Origin: Octopus bimaculoides
Taxonomy: Eukaryota
Length of the DNA stretch: 64,000 nucleotides
Direction: 5' to 3'
Assembly (NCBI RefSeq): GCF_001194135.2
Contig: NC_068986.1
Location: 91,137,382 to 91,201,381, forward strand
Shown piece by piece: positions 52,770 to 64,000 of the stretch; the first letter of the stretch is position 1; the number at the start of each line of letters is the position of its first letter. The translations under genes and the position numbers were made by a program. The notes beneath the pieces were generated by a model. The model ran no database searches and was not told where the DNA came from. It was given only the letters and a program-made list of their open reading frames with translations.

Positions 52770-53850
52770 CTAAATTTAAAAAAAAAAAAAAAAAAAAAAG
52801 GAAGGGAAATAATAATCATACTTTCAAATATTGACACAAAACAAGGCAGCAATCTGGCAGAATTGTTAGCATGCTGAGCAAAATGCTTAGCAGCATTTCA
52901 TCTGTCCTAATATTCTGAGATCAAATTCTCTCAGGGTCAAATTTGCTAGTCATCCTTTCGGGGTTGGTAAAATAAGTATGAGTTGAACACTGGCGTCAAT
53001 TTGACTCAGTTCCACCTCCAAACTTGCTGGCCTTGTGCCTAAATTTGAAACCAATATTGACACACAAAACCATGTATCTTTAGCAGAAGTGGTTTATATC
53101 GTTTAATTGACTCTTAGGACTTGAAAATTCATCATGCAAAATTGTAAATTTCTTTCAAATCAGTATTTATAATTATTTATTTATCCCACATGTTAGTTTG
53201 AATAAAAAGAAGCGCTTAACTGAAGTTTCCATAATCAAAGGTATCATTCAATGAATAATCAGCCCAATTCATTTTGGTGCGAGGGGACAGATGACAATAT
53301 CAACCACAATACTTAACTGGTTCTTTTGACAAGATTCATGTGAATTCAGTACAATGAGTAAAGATATTTTAATTAATAATAATTCCATGTATGGGGAGAA
53401 GAAATAATAATAGCTTAATCACCAAGAAAGATGGGGAAGACAACTCTGAAATGTTAACTGATTAAAAATAGAATGTAAGCAATGCAATGAAGAGCAAATC
53501 TAATCTTTGCCTTAGAATGGTAATTTGTTTTGGTTTTATTAGATCACCTCAGAATCAGAATTAGCATGGGCAACTTCCAATGACTGACACCAATAACAGA
53601 ATGTGTGTGTGTGTGTGTGTGTGGTGCATGTGAAAGAAAGAGAGAGTGAATGCATGTGTGTGTAAGAAAATATTATGTATCGTGTGAGTATGTGTGTGTG
53701 TGTGTACTGGTTTACATATAGAAAGAGTGTATCTAAGGACAACTAATTAAAAGGTGAGATAATTGTTTCAAAAATTTAAGCATTATTCAGATATTCAAGC
53801 CCCTCAAGCAATACCCGTATGCAAACATCTGCAAACTGAAAGATACTTAC

Positions 53851-53961
53851 ACCTTCCTCAATAATCTTCTTCATGGAAGAAGGTGTAAGAGGAACGAAGC
53901 TGGCCTCCATTACGAATGCTTCATCTTCAACATCAAACTGGAAATTATACTCGAATGGAAC
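53851..53961 (-). CDS. SELENON: Selenoprotein N exon 2 (VPFEYNFQFDVEDEAFVMEASFVPLTPSSMKKIIEEG)
   Basis: ctccag| acceptor and GGT|gtaagt donor; 111 nt, phase 0-0; EASFVPLTPSSMKK resembles EARFQPLLPETMTK. Confidence 0.92.
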
Positions 53962-54109
53962 CTGGAGAAGGAAATAAGAGAAACAAAAACCAAAATGAAG
54001 GCGTGCAAGAATGTTGCATTAGCAACAGGGTAACTTGTGGTCAAACATGATAAGCCCCTGCATAGTATACAATTACAGAATATTGAGTTTATCTGAATAA
54101 TTGGTCTTT

Positions 54110-54345
54110 TTACCTTTTACTTGTTTCAGTCATTGGACTGCAGCCATGCTGGAGCATAGCCTTGAAAAGTTTGCTCAAGCAAATCAACTCCAATACTTAT
54201 TTTCTTTTGAGCCTGGTAATTACTCTATCAGTCTCTTTTATTGATCTACTAAGTTATGGGGATGTAAACCAACCAATACAGGTCGTCAAGTGGTGGTGGG
54301 GGCAACAACAAACACAAAGACACACATACATACATTATATATGTA

Positions 54346-54401
<56 letters not shown>

Positions 54402-54566
54402 NNNNNNNNNNNNNNNNNNNNNNNNNNNNNNNNNNNNNNNNNNNNNNNNNNNNNNNNNNNNNNNNNNNNNNNNNNNNNNNNNNNNNNNNNNNNNNNNNNN
54501 NNNNNNNNNNNNNNNNNNNNNNNNNNNNNNNNNNNNNNNNNNNNNNNNNNNNNNNNNNNNNNNNNN

Positions 54567-54597
<31 letters not shown>

Positions 54598-54750
54598 GTT
54601 TCTTTCAGTTTCCATCTACCAAATCCATTTACAAGGCTTTGGTTGGCCTACAGCTATAGAAGATACTAGCCCAAGGTGCCACAGTGTGGGACTGATCTTA
54701 AGACCACATTGTTGGGAAACAAGCTACAGAACCACACAACCATGCCTATG
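54110..54750 (-). mobile_element. tRNA-derived SINE with internal (TA)n, spanning an N gap; partial copies at 51850-52075, 62270-62330, 19760-19940, 37870-38030
   Basis: Shared ttttacttgtttcagtcatt.gactgc.gccatgctgg and cagtttcc.tctaccaaatcca blocks. Confidence 0.75.
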
Positions 54751-56179
54751 TAAATATACTCATTTTTTTTAATGCCAACTCGTGTACAATATTGTATGCC
54801 TGTTGAGAGAGTTTCTCTTCACTACATAGCTAGGTACAAAGTTCCACAAACATGCTGGAATAATTAAAATAGTGTTATTCATTGATATAGTCCTTTCTTT
54901 ATCTCATTTGTTTATAATTAGATTCTATTATGCACACTGAATTAAATATCATAGTACTAACACACACACACAAAACAATCATTATTATCATTACTGTTTT
55001 GTTGTTTACTTTTCCATGCTTGGCATGGATCAGATGAGAATACATTGAGGTAGAGTTTTCTACAGCCAGATACTCTTCCTTATGTTAACCCCTATCTATT
55101 TCCAAGTATGACAATACCCATCCAGTCTATTATCTAGTACATACAAATCACAGTATGTGTATATTGACTAATGCATACATTTCCACAGTTCTCAACTGAT
55201 TTTCACCAAATTTTACATGCACATTACTTATGTCCCAAGGATGGTCATGTACTACAACATTTTGCCCAGAACTCCTGCATAAATGGACAAACCAGGAAAA
55301 ATGGTGGTTTACATGGGTTTTTCTCTAATTTGTTGTATGTACATAGTTTTTTTGTATGTAGGGTCTTCCATACTTTTTTAATCTATATGGTTGTATATTG
55401 GCATGAGAGAATATTTTTTAGTGGTTTTTCACATTTTCTTTTATTTATCATTTATTTTTATGTTGTAATTGTGCATTATTACTTGGTTAGAGAATATTAT
55501 AAAAGTGAAAGGATTTTGTCTATTTATTTATTTCGACTGTCCACCTGTGACGGTGACTAGGAACATTGTACATGATGAATGTCCAATACCAAACAATATT
55601 AATCTCCATATTTAAACTGCATTAAACTTCAGCAAGCTTACTTTTACCTATTTTGAGTTACTTGAAAGGTGATGTTCCCTTCCCTCTATTCTATTTGTTG
55701 ATACCTTTGTTTATCTACCAATGCGTTGTTTCACTTTAAGGATGCTTATTTACCCATCCATTATGATATTTCAAACGTGACATCTTTTCACTGTGAACTG
55801 CTAAAGATTCAAAGCAGTATTCGTTAACTGAAGTCAAACTCTTCAGGTCTTCATTTTTCGTTACCTGAAGTCAATTGCAGAGTGGTCGTACTCTGTAAGC
55901 ACATAGCAAATACATTTCTTTAACTCTACTTTTTCAAGTAGGTATTATATTGCCATTTTTGAACATACCAATCATACTTCTCTCTAATAAAAAAAATAGC
56001 TCCTTTTGTTGTTGAGTAAAATAAACTTGCAGAGGGGAAGTTTCAACCTCTTCCTTCAATTTCCTTACACCATTTATGTGGCTGTTTCTGACAAGAAATT
56101 TTGCTTTCATGTAAAACAATTATATTTTGTAATCTTTATCCATAATCTACTCCCAAAACCCTTCAGTAGCATATGGACA

Positions 56180-56806
56180 AGGACAGCTGTGTAAAGAAGT
56201 GCTGATCTCTAACTGTGGAAGAAATCTGTAGTAGAGGTAGACACGTGACGAGGTGGTGAAGCATGATCTTTGAACTTTGGGCCTCACAGAGGCAATGACT
56301 AGTGACCGAAACCTTTAGTGATATGCTCTGCTTGAGGAGACCTGTCAAGCCATGGGAAATCATAGTCCTGGCTGATGCTGGTGTCACGTAACTGGCAACT
56401 GTGCCAGTGGATCATAATTGGATCTTTTGAGTGTTGGGTTACATGGAGGCAAATTAGCAGATGCTGGTGGTACATGAAAAACTCCTTTCAAGTGTTGTGC
56501 CTTAAGGAGGCAACGACTGAGACCTTTGGCATTATGTTGTGCTTGAGAAGAAGACCCATCAAGCTAAGTGAAATTGCAGTCATGGCAGATACCAGTGTCG
56601 CACAAATGGCACCCATGCTGGCGGCACATAAAAGCACCCGTTAAACTCTCAGAGTGATTGGCATTAGGAAGAACATCCAGCCATATAAACCATGCCAAAT
56701 CAGACTAGAGTCTGGTGCAGCCCCTCAGCTTGCCAGCCCTGGTCAAATAGTCCAACCCATGCTAGCGTGGACAGTGGATGCTAAATGATGATGATGATGA
56801 TGATGA
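56180..56806 (+). mobile_element. RTE LINE 3' end with a duplicated ORF-terminal segment and the same 3' tail as the (GAT)n SINEs
   Basis: DEVVKHDL..LGLTEAMTSDR-like peptide followed by the family tail ccaacccatgctagc...gatgatgat. Confidence 0.75.
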
Positions 56807-57955
56807 TATATGTATTATATATACATACACACACACACATTCATACATAGACATGTATGTATATAAAGCATATGCACATATATATGCATGTGCATGTATT
56901 ACAGACATGACTGTATTCAAGTTTGATTTTTTTTTATCAAGGATTTTTTATATTTATTTATTTGTCCTTTATGTTTAGTTTGAAACAATGGTGTTCCTAA
57001 AATTTGTCCGTTTCAAGATCTTCACAATCCCACTAGTGTTAATGAACTAATGGATTTAGAAGAAATTTGTAAATTAGGCATGAGGCTATTCATATCTGCC
57101 TCTTTTACTTAATTCAAACTTTAGATGAAAGGATGAAGGTAAAGTCAAACTAGGCTGGAGTTGAACTCAAAAGAGAAGGGGCATAACTAAATATCAGATG
57201 ATCTAACAACCCTGCCATCTCATAATAATCCTAATAATTATCAGATTAAATAATGTGGTGTTCAAATTTACAATACACATTAACATATTTTGTTTGTTGC
57301 TGTTAGCATCAAGTCAGCTGTGAATCAGTAGATCTACAATCAAGGCTTTCCAACCATAGCTACTTCATTTTCTTTTCAGATGATAAAGTGTGATTTGAGG
57401 GAGAATTAGCTGCTATTCAAAACTGTCAGTTTCTTTTATTTGTGTGAGTATATTCAAGTAGGAATATATTCATACATTACAAGTGTATGTATGCCTGCAT
57501 GCACAGCACCACACACACACACACTCACACACACACACACACTCACACACAAGCTTTCGTACATGTTCCAAGCCTCTTTCACCTATACAGAAAAAAACAA
57601 AGAAACGCCCTACTTTCTTTTTAAAATAACTTGTTTTCCTTCTCAGCTACCTAAAACAGTCACTATTCATTATTAACAAACAACACCAAAAATTACACAC
57701 CCTCTATAATTTTCCTAAAACCTAAGGCAACTCCTAAATATATACACAATAGAATGAATAAAAGTCACATTTACAATAAGACTTTTTTCCCACTATGTTA
57801 TCACTACAGGAACAGAAACATTGTTTAGAACTGCAACAATGGATTTCTACAAATGGTGGGGTGAGGAATAATATTAAGATATTGTTGGCAGTAGCTGAAA
57901 GAACCAGTAGAGACCTGGACAAAATGCCTTGAGGTATTTAGTTACATCACTTTAA

Positions 57956-58175
57956 CCCTTTAGCATTCAGATTCCTCTGTCAAATGTAATGTTTATTTAT
58001 TCACACTGTTTTGGATTAATCATGCATCATCTTGTAGCTTCAAGATTTTGATGATGTGGTTGTTTATTTTTACAATGACATTGTAGAGTAAGTGTGAGAA
58101 GCCTGACATGACTAGTTTGAACATAAAACAGGTAGAATATTTGAGATGGATATAACTGATTTAAATACTAAAGGG
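57956..58175. mobile_element. piggyBac-type MITE inserted into a SINE
   Basis: TTAA|CCCTTTAGCATT ... AATACTAAAGGG|CTAA; SINE sequence resumes on both sides. Confidence 0.7.
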
Positions 58176-58950
58176 CTAAAGTTTGAATTTAAATCACAGA
58201 AATCAGTTTTGCCTTGTTTTCATAGGCTCCATAAAATAAGTGTAATTCAATCGATTTAATCCATCAACCAGTTTAACACCACTAAACGGATTTCCACCTG
58301 ATTGCAAATATTTGGTTCAGGGCTCCAGCAAGTCAAAGGATAATCTAAGAGGTATAGTTCTTCATCCCCTCCCTCCAGAAGTCTTGGAAGTGGATAAATG
58401 CCACAAAATATTCATGGCTGCTACATGTTCATTTCCTCTGAATAAACCAAAAAATATTCTTTTTTTGAAGTATTAAGGCGAATTTAATCAGCCATGATTC
58501 CTTTGAAATATTTAATCATCATCATCGTTTAACGTCCGCTTTCCATGCTAGCATGGGTTGGACGATTTGAATGAGGGTCGGTGAAACCAGATGGCTACAC
58601 CAGGCTCCAATCTGATCTGGCAGAGTTTCTACAGCTGGATGCCCTTCCTAACACCAACCACTCCAAGAGTGTAGTGGGTGCTTTTACGTGCCACTGGCAC
58701 GAGGGCTAGTCAGGCAACGGCCACACTCAAAATGGTGTTTTTTACGTGTCACCTGCACAGGAGCCAGTCCAGCGGCACTGGAAACAGCCTCACTAGAATG
58801 TTTTTTCACATGCCACCGGCACAAGTGCCAGTAAGGCGACACTGGTAACGATCACACTCAAATGGTGCTATTTACATGATGCTTTTTAGGTAGCACTAGC
58901 AAGGTCACCAAATAATTTGCAAGGCAAGATCCTTCAACTGATCATCTTGT

Positions 58951-59221
58951 AGTAACGCCTTGTCTCGTGCGCATGCATAGTCATCAATATCCAAGTTTGG
59001 CGCCCTGATTCTTTCTCTTTTCCCGGCCAGGCGGCTATGAGCATGGACGTGTCAAGCTGTCTCTCCATCATTCCAACTCTGGGGACCGCCCACATCAACA
59101 TTCCAACGTCTCAGCAACCATGCTCTCTCACAGAAAGAGTCTCAGCAACCAAGATTAAAGCTGCCTATTTCCCTCCATAAATAAATATTGTTGTGTTGAT
59201 AGTTCGGAGTTCTGCGTTACA
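58951..59221 (+). mobile_element. Solo LTR (Gypsy-like), 271 bp, in SELENON intron 1
   Basis: (A)GTAACG ... CGTTACA inverted termini, 4-bp TSD ttgt at 58947-58950 and 59222-59225, AATAAA at 59180-59185, CpG-rich. Confidence 0.65.
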
Positions 59222-60275
59222 TTGTTATTTAGAATTTAATATAGGAAAGCGGGTGTACACCTAATACTGTATAACCACCTTCCTATAATCTAAAAATACA
59301 CACACACATTGGATAGGGTGAACTAAGGATTTTTTTTACTGCTAGCCACACACAGTCATCATGGCTGGAAAGTCTTTCATGATATATCTATCACTAGTAA
59401 AGCAGTAAAAAAAGATTATACATGGTCGCTGGAACTGCTAGAACTAGCAGCCAAATTTTCTTCACACTACACTATCTTGAAAAAAAGTAACAATACATCA
59501 AGGAGAGTATTCCAAGGTAAGCTACGCCTGAAAACTAGATGGTATGTTCATAGCTGAAATGTCTATGACTCTAAGTCAACTGGATAAGTGCTGAGCTCAG
59601 AATAAACACCAGCAAACGTGATCTGTATTAAGATTTGAACACATATCTATGCCCCTTAATCTCACAACAGTTTCAGAGTTAACACTCATATTTCTGTTGT
59701 TTTAATCCTCAGATCAAATTTGAAATAAGTTTCAGTTAAACATCACCGTCATATATGTGTGTGTGTGTGTACACACATACACACAGGTAAACTACAAGGT
59801 TAAAAAATCTAATATAGGCACAAACTAGAAATTATAGGAGGGTGGTAGTCGATTATATTGTTCCCAGTATTTGAACGTTATTTATTTTATCGACCCTAAA
59901 AAAAAAAGAAAAGAAAAGTTGAGCTAGACGTGATTTGAACTCAGACTGTAAAGATCCAGAAAAAGTACCGTAAAACATTCTGTTTGATGCTAAGGCTTTT
60001 TATATATAACCCACAACCTAATGATTAAGAGATTACTATCACATTTAATAATGCTACTGAATTTAGAGATAAGTACAACTTTTATCAACCTTGGATATTT
60101 GAGAAGACATCATTATTACCGGCAGTTGATTAAATATCTAAATGTCTTGCTTAGATTCGTCGTTAAAGTTCTATCGTGCCGAGCCATGTTGTTTGAATGA
60201 GATAGTGTGTGTGTGTCTACTGGGGGGTGCATTAAGTATACGTGATGTATAGGAAGAGTATAATATTCTACTTAC

Positions 60276-60809
60276 CCTGACGTCAATTAATCTGTGGGTA
60301 ATCGGAATAAATTCATTTAAAGACAAATAACCGTCTTCGTCCAAGTCATATTGGTCGAACAACTTCAGTCCCGCCTCTCCTACGCTGGCCAGAAGTTCTT
60401 GCTTGGCATTTTCGTAGTTCAATTTGTCAATTGATTTCTTGTACAAAATAGCAACTACAGCAACAATGATGCTAAACCAAAACAACCAGGATTTCATATA
60501 TTTCATGCAGTTAAAAAATTTCATTTTTATTTTTGAATCGCCAGTCTTTTTGCCTTTTTTATTTTGCATTCGTTGGCCTTTTGTGACATCGTTGCGGTTC
60601 GAACTCGAGTTGGTATTTACATCTCTAGAAAAGTTATCGGAATTCCGATAAGAAGACGAAGCAGCTTCGTTTGATTTCTTCGGTGAACTCTTGTTTTTCT
60701 GTCGGTTCCTTGATTCAGAATATTTGGGACTCGATGGAATCGACTTATTACCTGACTTGGCAGGAGACCGAGTAACGACGGAACCAGAAGGCCCCGTCGT
60801 ACTGGCCAT
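60276..60809 (-). CDS. SELENON: Selenoprotein N exon 1: basic Ser-rich N-terminus, transmembrane helix (WLFWFSIIVAVVAILY) and EF-hand
   Basis: ATG at 60809 in context ACGATGG; AGG|gtaagt donor; SVGEAGLKLFDQYDLDEDGYLSLNEFIPITHRL aligns with human SELENON [33 protein letters not shown] (recalled). Confidence 0.93.
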
Positions 60810-60963
60810 CGTTAACTTCGCTAATGCAGTTAACAGGCGCACCTCTTACATTATATACTCACGCTAAGTATCGGAATTTGTAACACTGCGAAATAACAGC
60901 ATAATAATTAGAAATAAATAAACAAATAAACGGTGACTAGGAAGATACAGTGGAAGTTAAAGT

Positions 60964-60973
60964 GGGGGCGGAG
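60964..60973. promoter_or_regulatory. GC box in the putative SELENON proximal promoter
   Basis: GGGGGCGGAG about 155 bp upstream of the ATG, in a locally CpG-rich segment. Confidence 0.4.
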
Positions 60974-61086
60974 ACAGTCGGGAGAGAGAAGGGGGAAAGG
61001 AAAACAGAGTGAGTGAGAAAACAAGAGAAAAGAAAAGGATAAACCTAAAGAAGAGGTAGAAGATGAGTGTTAGAGAGAATGAATGT

Positions 61087-61134
61087 TAACATAGAGAGAG
61101 GAAATGATATTTATCATTTCCTCTCTCTATGTTA
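61087..61134. repeat. Perfect 23-bp inverted repeat with a 2-nt spacer
   Basis: taacatagagagaggaaatgata-tt-tatcatttcctctctctatgtta, checked base by base. Confidence 0.95.
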
Positions 61135-63403
61135 TGGCAAATGTAATGGGCAAATAACTCTAACAACAAAATTTTGGTTTACTTCTCTTTATGTGATATG
61201 TCGTTACTAAGGCCAAATAGATCTCTGATCGAGCAGACTTATGATCGAAAGCCTTCTAGCTGTGACTATTCCATCTCTTTCCCAGAAACAATGCACCCTG
61301 AACTACATCATCTAGGCGGTACGTTGCTAGTTAGGAGATTTAGCTGCTATTTCTAGTAGATCGAGCGTCCACGTACAGGCCTCCTCTGATTTGTTTATGT
61401 GGTTGGTCATTTATGTATACGTAACGAAGTATGTATGCACTTAAATATATATATATATATATATATATATACTTTATATATACAGTGTACACTGTATGTA
61501 TTTATATGAATAATATATAGTCTATTGACTAGTTTTTTTTTTCTCGTTAGACCACTGGAAGCAAAAAGAATTTCTAAAATTTTTTTGTTACCCTGAGATT
61601 TATTTATAATATATATAGATAGACAGATAGATAATGAGAAGTTTAGTTCACTTGTGATCTACACCAATAGGTACGCTGACTCAGTGTTATAGTTGGTCGT
61701 CCTCTAGGTTCCAAGTTCACAGCTGAGGCTGGATTTAGGGATCCGAATAAATGAATGTACAAATACTAAGTGCCCAATCTTCCAAGTTTTCCACATCACG
61801 CCAGTGATATAGAGGGACCTCACAAAGGCTGACCAAACATTGGACAATGGTTGAGCCTCAAAGCTTCATCAGAGAGACCAAATATTAGGAAACTAACATG
61901 TAGGAGAAGTAAGTTAAAATAATAAAGTAAAATAAAAATAACAAAAATAGCAAAAACAATGAGTTTAATTTTTGTGTGAAGAGAAAGGGGAAGAGGGAGG
62001 GAGGGAGGAGTGAGAGAGTGAGACAAAGACAGAGGGGAGAGAGGGAGGGAGGAGTGAGAGAGAGTGAGTGAGACAAAGACAGAGAGAGAGAAAGAAAGAG
62101 TGAGTGAGTGGGTGACGAGATTTACTCAAACTTTGAATGATGATGATGATATATAATGAAAGAGAGAGAGTGAGAGAATGGTGTAACAATATATCATAAT
62201 TATATATACATATCACTAGCAGAGACACCCGGCCTTGCGCGGGATTAAAATGGCATAATTTTTTTCTTGTTTTACTTGTTTCAGTCATTAAATTGCGGCC
62301 ATGCTGGAGCACCGCTGTTGGTCGAACAAATTGAGAATCTGTCCAGTTTCGCTCACAGATTTGTTAATTACTTTTTTTTAACTAAACAGTTTGAAACTTC
62401 GTATAGTGGTGTAATTTCTCATGCTGAACAGTTTACTTTCAACATTTTTGACAAAATTTCGTAAGTGACCGTTACTTAGCCGTATAATATTATAACTCGT
62501 ACGTAACCTTATCATTTCGTATTTGTCTTGCTTCTGTATGTTGGTTCCCTGACGATGAATATATGTGCAATTCCAGCACCTCTTACTTCTTTGGAGTAGA
62601 GTGCACATATATTTTGAAACATATGTAGGAATTAAAGGAACTTTTGCTTATATGCGTTTTGCTCCATTTATTATTATTCTTCATATCTACTCAAAATGCA
62701 TCACTTTAACTTGAGATTTCTACCTATAAAACGGGTGTGATATCCTGTTTTTTTTTTTGCGTGTGTGTGATTTTTGCTACCCATGGTAACTATTAACATA
62801 TTTACATTGTCAAAGTTTTTTTAAACCGAGATAACATTAATATATATATAAATTTATATATATATGTGTGTGTGTGTGTGCGTGTAAGAACGACCGTGCA
62901 AACCCAAAAGGAGAAATGGTGAATAATGGAAAAACAGGGCTCCTTTTATTAAACGCGTCACACGGTCGAACACAAAATATATCAAATGATATAAATATGT
63001 TATACTTCGATAACATAGTGAATTCATAAATGCCAGTAAAGGAAGACGATAGAACACAACCAATAAAGATGAATAACCGTAATATTTATTGTAGCATTAA
63101 AATGTATGTCTGTGTGTGAGTGTATGCGACATAATGAAAACACAATAAAAGACAGGCCGTCGTGTAAAGAAAAGAGTGTGTGTAAGTGATACATGTATGT
63201 GTATGCGTGAGATACAGCAAATAGAAAAAGAGTCCGTAACACATATAAGAATTTGCCAGTTCTTAGAGTACACAATAGTAACAGTCTGTATGTAAGAAGT
63301 TGAGGCGTGTGGGGCAGAGCGATCACTCGTCGTGATGTTAGGGCTTCCATGCCGAGCCGGGTTCTTGAGTACAGACGTTCATCGCAAGCTGGGCTCTTGT
63401 CTA

Positions 63404-63496
63404 TTATTTATCGCGGTGAAGATGAATCACACAAACAGAATCGAAGAGAGAAGTGCCGCGGTTGTTTGGTTTAGCTGGTGTACGTATAGAAATCAT
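63404..63496 (-). other. Small ORF, 30 aa (MISIRTPAKPNNRGTSLFDSVCVIHLHRDK*)
   Basis: First ATG downstream of the TATA box, context GCCAACATGA, double stop TAA TAG. Translation is not demonstrable from sequence. Confidence 0.3.
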
Positions 63497-63694
63497 GTTG
63501 GCGACGTCGGTGGCGAATCTTGTAGTTCGTAGTTGAAGTGGTGTTGACGCTGGCGGCGACGATGGTGGTAGTCGTAGTGTCGTGTTGACTGGTGGCGGCG
63601 ATGCTGGTAGTCGTCGTTGGAGATGCTGTTGATATAGTCTCTGGAACTGCTGCTGCTCTGTGTGGTACACGGAACAGGTCTCTAAGAGATCTGA

Positions 63695-63825
63695 ACCGAG
63701 ACGAATTTGCTGGGTATCTAGCAGTCTATTTATAGCTGAAAGTAGGCTTCGATGGAGTATTAGAAACACACTATCACGTGACCTTATTAAGGGCTGTGGT
63801 TGGTCAGTTTGCGTTGTGGCGGGAA
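63695..63825 (-). promoter_or_regulatory. Putative Pol II promoter: TATAAATA (63734-63727), GTCACGTGA E-box (63775-63780 core), E2F-like TTCCCGCC (63818-63825)
   Basis: Motifs at promoter-like spacing inside a CpG-rich island that contrasts with the CpG-poor gene bodies. Confidence 0.5.
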
Positions 63826-64000
63826 CAGTACGAAGCAGTTGCCGCTTCAAATAATAATCAGTCAGGTGATAACAGGGAAAGAGATGTTTTCTACTACGCT
63901 CGCGTCTGTCATATTTATAGTGAGAGAAGATGGTCTGTTTGAATATAATGGCGATAGATGGTTTTGTATATAATGGCGATAGGTAGTTTCACTACATATA

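Noticed and set aside
63024-63350. 108-aa ORF MEALTSRRV...
   Set aside because: The C-terminal half is translated CA/TA-type low complexity and I recognise no domain; kept only as part of the small-ORF lead.
63338-63496. Resemblance of the small ORFs to polyamine or stress uORFs (AZIN1 PPW, CHOP IFIHH) or to an antizyme frameshift
   Set aside because: No PPW motif, no UCC-UGA site and no downstream ODC or antizyme CDS; similarity is only 2-3 residues. The single GTCTTCC GY-box at 63041-63047 is also compatible with chance.

Overview
AT-rich, repeat-dense animal genomic DNA. The repeat families, (TA)n tracts and intron sizes look like a coleoid cephalopod, probably Octopus; this is inference. 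There are two convergent spliced genes. (1) On the minus strand, a complete 8-exon selenoprotein N (SELENON/SEPN1) gene: ATG 60809, stop 37060, 620 aa, every splice phase consistent. Its full selenocysteine-recoding apparatus is readable from sequence: an in-frame UGA at 41876-41874 in the motif [14 protein letters not shown], an SRE hairpin starting 6 nt after the UGA, and a type-2 SECIS in the 3' UTR followed by tandem AATAAA. (2) On the plus strand, the 3' part of an unidentified gene (exons 178 to 23249) ending in a non-canonical C2 domain; its middle exons are open in two frames. The rest is mostly SINEs, LINE fragments (RTE, CR1, Tx1/L1-like), a decayed Tc1 transposase, several MITEs, a solo LTR, microsatellites and five N gaps. 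Other leads: a pri-miRNA-like hairpin between the genes (28384-28465), a head-to-head SINE dimer inside one target-site duplication, two long palindromes, and a CpG-rich TATA/E-box unit with small ORFs about 3 kb upstream of SELENON.
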